From the NCBI GenBank assembly GCA_030749075.1, contig JASMKR010000031.1, forward strand, positions 70,089-134,088: a DNA stretch of 64,000 bases, in the 5' to 3' direction. Positions 40,700 to 48,654 of this stretch are shown one piece after another. The notes beneath the pieces were generated by a model. The model ran no database searches and was not told the origin of the DNA. It worked only from the letters and a program-made list of their open reading frames with translations. This DNA comes from Candidatus Thalassarchaeaceae archaeon (GTDB lineage: Archaea; Thermoplasmatota; Poseidoniia; Poseidoniales; Thalassarchaeaceae). The translations under genes were made by a program, and so were the position numbers. How positions within the stretch are numbered: the stretch's first letter is position 1; every line of letters starts with the position of its first letter.

Positions 40700-41689
40700 A
40701 TGGCCCTACCAAGGCTACTGCTGACGGGCTTCACCCCTTTCTCAAAGCATGCAGAAAACATTTCTCAAGATATCATTGACGCAATCTCCACCTTTGGAAT
40801 CGAGGGCCTGGAGGTGGAGACCATGTTGCTGTCTGTTGACGAAAAAGGGTCCAGAATTACATCTGAAAAGATTTCTGCAGGTGCGGAATACACAGCAATC
40901 TTGCACCTAGGCTTCTCTCCCGAATCAGAGAACATTAGGCTTGAGAGGTTTGGCCGGAACAGGTACTGTATGCAAATCCCAGACAACTCCAGAAGGCAAA
41001 TGAAATCCGGCACAGTTGTTTCTGGCGCTCCTGAGGTTATTGCAACCAATTCTCCTGAGCACGTCATTGACGAGTCTCTGGACGATTTCGAAGGAGTATC
41101 TTGGAGTGAGGATGCCGGAGGATACGTTTGCAACGAGACCTACTACAGGACTCTTTTTGCCGTTTCGGAGTCTGAGCATCCATCCATGCCTGTGCTATTC
41201 GTGCACCTTCCAGATGAAGGAAAAATTCCAATTAGTGTGCAGGTTTCATTGGTCCGAAGAATATCTCGATGCCTGTGCATAAGGCCACATTTCGAAGTCG
41301 TATCGGCGCTAGTTTTCGATGATAGGCACAGGGTACTTGCTTGCCGAAGGGCCCGTGGCGACAAGTGGGCAGGGATGTGGGAGTTTCCAGGAGGTAAGAT
41401 CGAAGATCAAGAGTCTTCAAGAGATGCTATAATCAGGGAGGTCAGGGAGGAGCTACAAGTTTCAGTCGACCCATCACACGTAGTTTCAGAGATTAGACAT
41501 AGTTACGATGACAGGGACGTATCACTGCATCTTTGGTTTTGCGGGGTTGTTTCACCCGAGGCCGTCATTCCGACTGAGCACGACGAGGTTAGATGGCTTT
41601 CTAGGGAAGAACTACTCGAAGTCGAATGGCTTCCAGCAGACTTTCCAGTTGTTGAGTCATGGTTCGTGAACGGCCTACCGGCCCCTTAA
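40700..41689 (+). CDS. pcp: Fusion protein: pyroglutamyl-peptidase I (peptidase C15) N-terminal domain + NUDIX (MutT-like) hydrolase C-terminal domain
   Basis: The PCP part has LLTGFTPF, a catalytic Glu in LERFGRN, Cys in AGGYVCNETYY (nt ~41119-41139) and His in LFVHLP. The NUDIX box is GMWEFPGGKIEDQESSRDAIIREVREELQV (nt ~41374-41460). Confidence 0.75.
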   Translation: MALPRLLLTGFTPFSKHAENISQDIIDAISTFGIEGLEVETMLLSVDEKGSRITSEKISAGAEYTAILHLGFSPESENIRLERFGRNRYCMQIPDNSRRQMKSGTVVSGAPEVIATNSPEHVIDESLDDFEGVSWSEDAGGYVCNETYYRTLFAVSESEHPSMPVLFVHLPDEGKIPISVQVSLVRRISRCLCIRPHFEVVSALVFDDRHRVLACRRARGDKWAGMWEFPGGKIEDQESSRDAIIREVREELQVSVDPSHVVSEIRHSYDDRDVSLHLWFCGVVSPEAVIPTEHDEVRWLSREELLEVEWLPADFPVVESWFVNGLPAP

Positions 41690-42201
41690 TCCATGTCTCC
41701 TATGGTCTTGCGCCCCTTCGAGTCGAACCATTCAGACGGATCTCCTTCTTCGGTCATTGCAAGCTCGTCACCGGTGCTCCTAGGGATTGAGCCCCTACCA
41801 CTATGCCATGTCTGCTGTTCCAGCCACGAACCCAAGTCCCTGCCCTCGACCATCACCTCCATCGTTCCACCTAGGGGGTAATCTTTCAACACGAACGAGA
41901 CTTTTCCGGCTAGTGCAGATTGCCTTGAGAGAGAGAAGACAGTGGACTTGCCTATCAAAGACATAGCCATAGCATCGAGGGCGGTATCTAGAACTCTCTG
42001 TTCCCTAACAATCTTTAGGACGGTGTCCAGCGAGGTAGCCGGCCCCTTCAATTCCAATTCCCCCCTAGTGCAAGGGAAACAGCACCCGTCTGGATTTGCC
42101 TCCGGACTCCAATCGGGAAATAGCGCTTGTACTGACTTTGTTACTTTCTTTGGGTCCTCGTGGGGACGAACCACAGTGGAGACAGATACAGCGGGGTCCA
42201 T
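41686..42201 (-). CDS. Hypothetical protein (171 aa)
   Basis: ORF without overlap with better genes. It overlaps the pcp-nudix stop by 4 nt. I did not recognise a family. Confidence 0.4.
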   Translation of the reverse strand: MDPAVSVSTVVRPHEDPKKVTKSVQALFPDWSPEANPDGCCFPCTRGELELKGPATSLDTVLKIVREQRVLDTALDAMAMSLIGKSTVFSLSRQSALAGKVSFVLKDYPLGGTMEVMVEGRDLGSWLEQQTWHSGRGSIPRSTGDELAMTEEGDPSEWFDSKGRKTIGDMD

Positions 42202-42294
42202 GGTGCAACGAACGACTGTCTGGTCAAGAGTGCTGCGATGCCAACTCCCTCAAAGGCACGAATATTTCAAACGGCCGTCTAGTGGGGCCTGAGC

Positions 42295-43062
42295 ATGGTG
42301 CAACGAACGACTGCAATGTCCTTCGCTCTCGTAGCATCGCCGAGCGTCTGCCTGCTCGCTATCAGGTTGGGTATTCCCACTTTCAGCGAGGCGCTATCCA
42401 ACGACCTCGTCGCCGAGTCGGGGTTGCACCTATTCGCTATATTGATTGGTGTTGTGATGGTGAACAGATACAGGTCCGTCGAGGATCATGAATACCATCG
42501 TTCCAAGGCAATTGAGCGACTCACCAAGACCTATCGTAACGAGGACAAGGGCCTATGGGAGAAGGGGGATGCAGCGATTCAGAGGCTGGAAGCCAAGGCG
42601 TATGCCGACTTCAAGGGAAAGAGGGCGGTGCTTGCTAGGGAGAAGATGCGGAGCAATATCGGCGTGCTCAACAAGGAAGCTAAGGAAGTCGAGGCTCCAC
42701 AACACGAAGATGGTAGATATTCCATCCGAATTGACGGGGTTGAACAGCATGTAGATCCTCCTCCAGAAATAGACAATCGCAGACCACTCTTAACGAGGAT
42801 TGCCGAACTCATTGGACAAACCGTGGACCGAACCGCCTCCAAGAGGCTAGCCACGTCCTCTCCGGTGGAAAAAGCTACCAAGCCTGTCTTTGCTGTTCCA
42901 AGTAAGACAACGCCTGATTTCGATCCCAAGTGGGACGTACCCGAGGAAGTCCGAGAGAAGGAACCTCCTGTCCATTGCAACGACTGCGGTTCATTCAATC
43001 GACCCGAGGTCAACTATTGCTCCTCGTGCGGCTCATTCATCTCTGAAGCGGGGAACGGTTGA
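42295..43062 (+). CDS. Membrane protein with N-terminal TM helices and C-terminal CxxC...CxxC zinc ribbon
   Basis: Hydrophobic segments are SFALVASPSVCLLAIRLGI and LHLFAILIGVVMV. The C-terminus is HCNDCGSFNRPEVNYCSSCGSF. It overlaps the dnaJ start region by 4 nt. Confidence 0.45.
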   Translation: MVQRTTAMSFALVASPSVCLLAIRLGIPTFSEALSNDLVAESGLHLFAILIGVVMVNRYRSVEDHEYHRSKAIERLTKTYRNEDKGLWEKGDAAIQRLEAKAYADFKGKRAVLAREKMRSNIGVLNKEAKEVEAPQHEDGRYSIRIDGVEQHVDPPPEIDNRRPLLTRIAELIGQTVDRTASKRLATSSPVEKATKPVFAVPSKTTPDFDPKWDVPEEVREKEPPVHCNDCGSFNRPEVNYCSSCGSFISEAGNG

Positions 43063-43097
43063 TAGGACCCGGTCAGGAGCCTCGCTATGGTGAGGGG

Positions 43098-44240
43098 ATG
43101 CCTGAGAAGCGTGACTACTACAGGGTGCTCGGCATAGATAAAGCGGCCTCGGAAACGGAAATCAAGAAGGCGTTCAGGTCTCTGGCTAGAAAGCATCATC
43201 CTGACAAGAATCCCGACGATTCCGAAGCGGAAATGAAGTTCAAAGAGATTCAGGAGGCATTCGCCATTCTATCCAACCCCGAGGAGAGGAGGAAGTATGA
43301 CATGTTCGGCCACGACCGACCTGGGGGTTCGCCGTTTGGCTCTAGGGGATTCCAAGGAGTTAACATCAGTTTCGACGAACTCTTTGGAGGAGGCTTCGAG
43401 TCAATTTTCAGTCAGTTCTTCGGTGACTCCTCGAGCAGTGCTTCTCGCGGCTCCGATCTCCTAGTTCGTCACTCAGTCCCCTTTCAAGCCGTGATGGACG
43501 GAATGGAAGACGAGCTGGAGATTGATATCCTGAGGGGTTGTGAGGGCTGTGGTGGATCGGGTTCGAATAATGAGGACGGTGCACGCCCCTGTCCCTCTTG
43601 CGATGGCAGAGGAAGAATTGATGAGATTTCCATGATCGGACCATTCAGACAGAGGGTCCGCAAGGAGTGCCCTCCCTGCCGCGGCTCAGGACGAATTGTC
43701 ACCGACCCCTGTCGCGTTTGCAAGGGCGAAGGCAGGTCCTACCAAGTTATCAGGGTCAAATTCTCGGTGCATCCCGGTGTAGTCTCTGGAACACGCCTTA
43801 GGATGAGGGGACAGGGTGAGGCTGCATCCAGCCACCGAGAGCAGACTGGCGATCTGTACATCGAACTGGGGGTAGAACCGCATCCTTGGTTTGAGCGCGA
43901 CGGCCCTGACCTCCTGATGGCATTGCCATTGAGTTACGCCGACCTTGCTTTAGGGACCTCTGTCGAGATTCCGCACATTGATGCAGAAAATTTGAGAATC
44001 AAGGTCCCATCAGGATCCAAACCCGGCGAGACAATAACCATTCTAGGAAGGGGCTTGCCACGACCTAAGTCCAACTCAATGAGGGGTTCGGTGACTGCGG
44101 TTCTAAAGTTGGAAGTTCCCAGGAAGACGTCTCGATCCATGCGAAAGAGACTCAATGAGATGAGGGACGATATGGAGGGGGAACTCGATGACTTGGAGGT
44201 TCGGATCAAGAAAGAGGCTAGATTCCGTCGGAGGGGGTAA
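43098..44240 (+). CDS. dnaJ: Chaperone DnaJ (Hsp40), type I
   Basis: The J domain is DYYRVLGIDKAASETEIKKAFRSLARKHHPDKNPDD, containing HPD. There is a G/F-rich linker. Four CxxCxGxG zinc-finger repeats are present (CEGCGGSG, CPSCDGRG, CPPCRGSG, CRVCKGEG). The track ORF starts at a TTG at 43059. Confidence 0.85.
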   Translation: MPEKRDYYRVLGIDKAASETEIKKAFRSLARKHHPDKNPDDSEAEMKFKEIQEAFAILSNPEERRKYDMFGHDRPGGSPFGSRGFQGVNISFDELFGGGFESIFSQFFGDSSSSASRGSDLLVRHSVPFQAVMDGMEDELEIDILRGCEGCGGSGSNNEDGARPCPSCDGRGRIDEISMIGPFRQRVRKECPPCRGSGRIVTDPCRVCKGEGRSYQVIRVKFSVHPGVVSGTRLRMRGQGEAASSHREQTGDLYIELGVEPHPWFERDGPDLLMALPLSYADLALGTSVEIPHIDAENLRIKVPSGSKPGETITILGRGLPRPKSNSMRGSVTAVLKLEVPRKTSRSMRKRLNEMRDDMEGELDDLEVRIKKEARFRRRG

Positions 44241-44241
44241 T

Positions 44242-45399
44242 CTATTCTTCTTCCCATCTGATTGAGCTCATTGGGACAGCAGCTACCGGAACGCCCCCTA
44301 CGACTCCAGAGAGGTTGAATCCAATGACAGACGGTTCCCCAATGATGGAAACTCGCAGGAAGGTATTCGATTGGGGGGTGAGCTTGTCGAGGAAGATCTC
44401 GTCCCCGTGAAACAGGTGCTCTGGGGAAACCCCCCCGATTCTAGCCTCTGATCCCTCAGGGGAATGGATTCGGATTGCCGCCAGTTCCCACGACTCGGAC
44501 CCTATTCGAATACCAACCAGCAACGTTCCTCCGACACCAGGAATTCTCCATGCGCATATCTCGATCTGTTGAGTCAGATGACGTATTTGGGGCTGGCCCC
44601 AGTCCGAGACTACCGCTTCCCAGGCGCTGTCACTTAACTGGCGCAACGCTGACTCGATTACTGCTTTGTCCCTCTCATTTGTCGAGGCAACCTCTCCAAG
44701 CCTCTCCCTGAGCCTGCGCAGTCGCCTCTTCTCATGGTCCTCTATTTTCAGAACCCCGGAACGCCGGCCAAATCCTTCGCCCCTATTCCACCACAGCACA
44801 ATAAGCAATGGAAGCAGCATCACGAATCCAGCGAACAGGTAGAAATCGGAGAACAACCTAGACAGGTCCTCTAAGGAATCTTCATTGGGAACTACAGGGC
44901 CCAAATCCACCAATTTGAAACTGTAATCTATCGACTCATCACCAGAACCTATCCTTTCTATTCGGACTGCGTGATGACCCGCCGAGAGATTCATCTCACC
45001 GTAGAAATACTCTTCATCGTCAAACGAGGTCAATTTGGCACTTTTCGAGCCTTCGATAACCCAATTGGTCTGGTTAAGCAAGAGAATCTGAAAACTTGCA
45101 GTGCTATTTGTCATAATCCCAACTCTGGCTCCATTTTCTGAGCTCACTTTCAGGGCAAAGACGTCAACTGAGTCATTATCAGAAAAATTCCCATTAATCT
45201 CAAAACCTACAAAGATTACTTGATACGTATAGTCCAATTCAGTTTGCCCCCATAGGGAGTCTGGAGCATCACCAATTTCGTTGACTTTGTGAAATCCTGA
45301 GGACAACTGCTCGGAAAAGGAAACCTGGGAAAATAACATAGTGACTACCATCGCAATAGCGAAGCAAACCGCCCTCATCACATATCGGAGAGCGTACAT
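44242..45399 (-). CDS. Hypothetical membrane protein with signal peptide and one internal TM helix
   Basis: The N-terminus is MRAVCFAIAMVVTMLFSQVSFS and the internal helix is FYLFAGFVMLLPLLIVLWW. It has no motif. Confidence 0.45.
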   Translation of the reverse strand: MYALRYVMRAVCFAIAMVVTMLFSQVSFSEQLSSGFHKVNEIGDAPDSLWGQTELDYTYQVIFVGFEINGNFSDNDSVDVFALKVSSENGARVGIMTNSTASFQILLLNQTNWVIEGSKSAKLTSFDDEEYFYGEMNLSAGHHAVRIERIGSGDESIDYSFKLVDLGPVVPNEDSLEDLSRLFSDFYLFAGFVMLLPLLIVLWWNRGEGFGRRSGVLKIEDHEKRRLRRLRERLGEVASTNERDKAVIESALRQLSDSAWEAVVSDWGQPQIRHLTQQIEICAWRIPGVGGTLLVGIRIGSESWELAAIRIHSPEGSEARIGGVSPEHLFHGDEIFLDKLTPQSNTFLRVSIIGEPSVIGFNLSGVVGGVPVAAVPMSSIRWEEE

Positions 45400-45440
45400 G
45401 TCTTAGAATCCTTCAAGCGAAATGCTACGCTCGAAGGTCG

Positions 45441-47222
45441 ATGGCTGAGCGACCCATTGGACGAGACGTCATTGCAAGGCAGCGATTCTCCCGCTTGTTC
45501 TCATTGGGTGACCGGAGGAATCCGCTCTCCTGGTCCCCGGGACTAGTCCTTGGTCCCAATGACCCCGAGCTTCCGGTATCTCTAGCCCCTTTGAGATCAA
45601 CTCGGTCATCTGACTCCATACCTGCTGTCATTACCATTCATACAAGAGGGAAACTCTGTTACCCATTCGATTCCGAGGATGAATGGGTTTCCAATGAGGG
45701 TCTGGTACTGCCCCCAAGCCTGGTTGAGTCAGATTCGGGCGAACTCGGAAGTGGCATGGAGGCGGTTCCGGTATCGTGGAACTCACTGCATCACGACGAA
45801 TCTTTGGCGGTTTTGGACTCTGGGCCCTCAATAATAATCCTCATCGATGCCCCGCAGTTGGTACAGCGTCCCGGCATGCTGTCAGAGGCGCTTCAGACAG
45901 TGAGGTTTCGCTTCCCCTCCTCCCTGATTTGGGCACCCGGAATCTCAGGTCCCGACAATTGTGCTTTGCTTGCTTGGATGGGCGTAGACCTGTTCGATCT
46001 AGCTAGATTGAGGCACGCTTCCTCTCTTGGCGTTCTGCTGACTGAGTCCGGACCGAGAAAGATAGAGCAATCCATGGATGAGAACTTCGGTATGGAGTCG
46101 CAGTGCACATCGTGGACGCAAGCGATTTCGTCCACTCGAGCAGCAATCAGGGAAGGGACGCTTCGGGAACTAGCGGAGAGGCAGAGCATGTCGAGCCCCC
46201 GCTCAGTAGAGCATCTTCGCAGGCACGATTCGATGGCCAGGGGGATTGGCAGCAACCGCTCGATTCTCTCCAGCGCAGTAAGGGCAAATCGACGTCTCAG
46301 ATGCTATACTTTCGAGAGCCGAAACGACCCCCTTATCCTCGATTGGAGGTCGAGGGTTTCTGAGGGGCATCTACCACCTGCACATCAGAGGGAAATCTTG
46401 GTGCTGCTGCCATGCTCGGCCAAGAAGCCATACAAACTATCGAAGAGTCACAGAAGATTCAGACGCGTACTCCGGAATACCTGTATTCACGAGGTGATGG
46501 TGACTGCCCCCCTGGGACTCGTTCCCAGGGAGTTGGAGGATCTCTGGCCAGCAGCCCATTATGACATCCCAGTTTCGGGGGAATGGGATGCTGACGAACT
46601 CGAAGTAATTCGTTCGATGGCTAGCCGCTTTGTCAGTAGGATTGGTTATTCGGTCGTCATCAATCACTCCGGAATTGACATCCACGTCGAAGGTACCCGA
46701 GTAATTGACACTCGTCAGGGGGGTTCCGCAGGATCTGGTGAGGCACTCGCGAGGTTGGAATCATCCGTCGAATCCGCTGTTTTGGGTAGTGGTGACCAAG
46801 GTGCGACCTTTGGAACGCGTCTGGAGGTGATGAAGTCAATTTCTAGATTCATTCATGGCTCCGATGCTTGGCTCGAGGGAACATCGGTATTTGGTAGGCC
46901 ACCTATTCTCACAATCGAAAAGGATGGCTCCCAGATGGCAAAATGGAATCCTAGAATGGGGAGGTTCTCCTTCTCCAAGTCTAGCCTGCCATTGCTCGAT
47001 GAATTGGGTGTACTGCCCAAAGTTTCACTGAGGGAGGGGGTGGATTGGGTAGGGGACATATTCTCCTCGAACACAGAATCTGCAGATGTTTCGATTAGGG
47101 CTGGGGACGAGATTCTTGTTTCCCGGGGGGGCAAGCTGATTGGTTCGGCTAGGGCTGAAGCCCCCGGTTGGGAGTGGCCTCATGGCCCCGGTAGATTGGC
47201 ACGTGCCAGGCATCGCCTGTGA
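45441..47222 (+). CDS. arcS: Archaeosine synthase-like protein (TGT-like N-domain, PC-X3-KPY-X2-S-X2-H motif, C-terminal PUA domain)
   Basis: LLPCSAKKPYKLSKSHRRF (nt ~46404-46450) matches the ArcS signature PCX3KPYX2SX2H. The C-terminal VSIRAGDEILVSRGGKLIGSARAE is PUA-like. The length (593 aa) fits ArcS. Confidence 0.6.
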   Translation: MAERPIGRDVIARQRFSRLFSLGDRRNPLSWSPGLVLGPNDPELPVSLAPLRSTRSSDSIPAVITIHTRGKLCYPFDSEDEWVSNEGLVLPPSLVESDSGELGSGMEAVPVSWNSLHHDESLAVLDSGPSIIILIDAPQLVQRPGMLSEALQTVRFRFPSSLIWAPGISGPDNCALLAWMGVDLFDLARLRHASSLGVLLTESGPRKIEQSMDENFGMESQCTSWTQAISSTRAAIREGTLRELAERQSMSSPRSVEHLRRHDSMARGIGSNRSILSSAVRANRRLRCYTFESRNDPLILDWRSRVSEGHLPPAHQREILVLLPCSAKKPYKLSKSHRRFRRVLRNTCIHEVMVTAPLGLVPRELEDLWPAAHYDIPVSGEWDADELEVIRSMASRFVSRIGYSVVINHSGIDIHVEGTRVIDTRQGGSAGSGEALARLESSVESAVLGSGDQGATFGTRLEVMKSISRFIHGSDAWLEGTSVFGRPPILTIEKDGSQMAKWNPRMGRFSFSKSSLPLLDELGVLPKVSLREGVDWVGDIFSSNTESADVSIRAGDEILVSRGGKLIGSARAEAPGWEWPHGPGRLARARHRL

Positions 47223-47297
47223 TCAATCTGCTTCCACATACACTACGTAGCGATTATAGAGGGAGAGCAGGTGGCCCGGCTGCCCGAGGTTTGACAG

Positions 47298-47753
47298 ATG
47301 GCTAGGATGCACAGCAAGGGCAAGGGGAAGAGCGGCTCGAACAAGCCTTACTCTGAGGCAACTCCCGACTGGTCAAACTCAGACAAGAAGGAAATCGAGG
47401 ACCTCATCGTCCATCTTTCCAGCGAAGGGCATACGGGTGCAACGATTGGCACGATACTCCGCGATAAGCACGGGGTTCCGGATGTGCGTCTGGTTACGGG
47501 CGAGAGAATTTCGCAAACCCTTGCCAGACTAGATGACACCCAAAGTTACCCCGAGGATTTGATGAGCCTGATGCGCCGTGCTTTGAGACTCATTGACCAC
47601 CTCTCGGCAAATGGAAAGGACATTCACAACCGAAGGCAGCTCGAACTGTGTGAATCAAAGATTCGACGCCTTTCCAGATACTACAAGAAAAAAAATCGGC
47701 TTGATGAGGATTGGACCTACAAGAGGGACCAACTCAGACTGATGGTTGAATGA
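47298..47753 (+). CDS. rps15: 30S ribosomal protein S15 (uS15), archaeal form
   Basis: The N-terminus MARMHSKGKGKSGSNKPY and the S13e/S15 C-terminal domain are conserved. The length is 151 aa. Confidence 0.9.
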   Translation: MARMHSKGKGKSGSNKPYSEATPDWSNSDKKEIEDLIVHLSSEGHTGATIGTILRDKHGVPDVRLVTGERISQTLARLDDTQSYPEDLMSLMRRALRLIDHLSANGKDIHNRRQLELCESKIRRLSRYYKKKNRLDEDWTYKRDQLRLMVE

Positions 47754-47794
47754 GAAACGCAGGTGATTTGTACCTCCTCACCTAGGCAGCAGCA

Positions 47795-48652
47795 ATGCGC
47801 GAGTTGCTCATGGAGGAAGTATTCTCGGACGTACGAAGTACGCTGTCATCTGCTGGTGAGGCGATGGCCACCTCAAGTGATGCCATTCTTCTGCACGCAC
47901 CCCCTACTCTCCTAGGCGCCTTGGCCATAGCTCCGATTGAAGCCGCCCTATTGGACTCGGAAATACCATACAGAAGGCGTTTCAGGTCCGAAGCTCCAAA
48001 AGCTCCGCCGTTCGTTCACGTTTTGGGGCCGGAATATAGCTCCGGACCAGTCCTTGAAAGCAGTCCGATGAGGCTGACCATTTCCACAACGGTAGTAGAG
48101 GGTCTCAGAGGCCATCATGGCGATGCAAGAAAGGGACCACTAACCACAGTGCCCCAGGCGCACGCTTTAGCGCAATCCATCTTTCCGGAGAGCAGTAGGA
48201 TGAGACGGATGAGGCCATGGTTGATATCTGGAAATTGGCTGGATTCAGCCCTAGATACGACATACGATCCAGTCTATACGGCCCTACGGGACCTGCTTTT
48301 ATCCGAAGGTTCAATCCGAGTGGTCCCGATTCCGGAGGTCGGCAGTCCAGATTCCAGAAACTCGCCATGGTTGGATGATGATGCATTGGAGGCAATCTCC
48401 AAGCAATGGGATATGATGGATCTGGAGGCCAAGGCGAGGGCACTATCCAATCTCGCCAAGCCTGCGCTCACTAGCAGCACTCCATCATCGGCTAGATTGG
48501 AGGAATTGATGTGGCATTGCGTCCTCGGAAATGACTGGAGCACCGACCTCGCGACCCAGATTCGAAAAGCCTCTTCATATTGGGAAGGAGAACCGGCCCA
48601 CATCGCAGCCGGCACAGTCGTTGATTCTCTTCTCAGAGAGGGACAATGTTGA
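47795..48652 (+). CDS. Hypothetical protein (285 aa), possibly a degenerate DHH/RecJ-like domain
   Basis: AILLHAPPTLLGALAIAPIEAAL resembles DHH motifs I-II but lacks the Asp/His catalytic residues. Position after rps15 matches the archaeal rps15-recJ-like neighbourhood. Weak call. Confidence 0.4.
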   Translation: MRELLMEEVFSDVRSTLSSAGEAMATSSDAILLHAPPTLLGALAIAPIEAALLDSEIPYRRRFRSEAPKAPPFVHVLGPEYSSGPVLESSPMRLTISTTVVEGLRGHHGDARKGPLTTVPQAHALAQSIFPESSRMRRMRPWLISGNWLDSALDTTYDPVYTALRDLLLSEGSIRVVPIPEVGSPDSRNSPWLDDDALEAISKQWDMMDLEAKARALSNLAKPALTSSTPSSARLEELMWHCVLGNDWSTDLATQIRKASSYWEGEPAHIAAGTVVDSLLREGQC

Positions 48653-48654
48653 CC

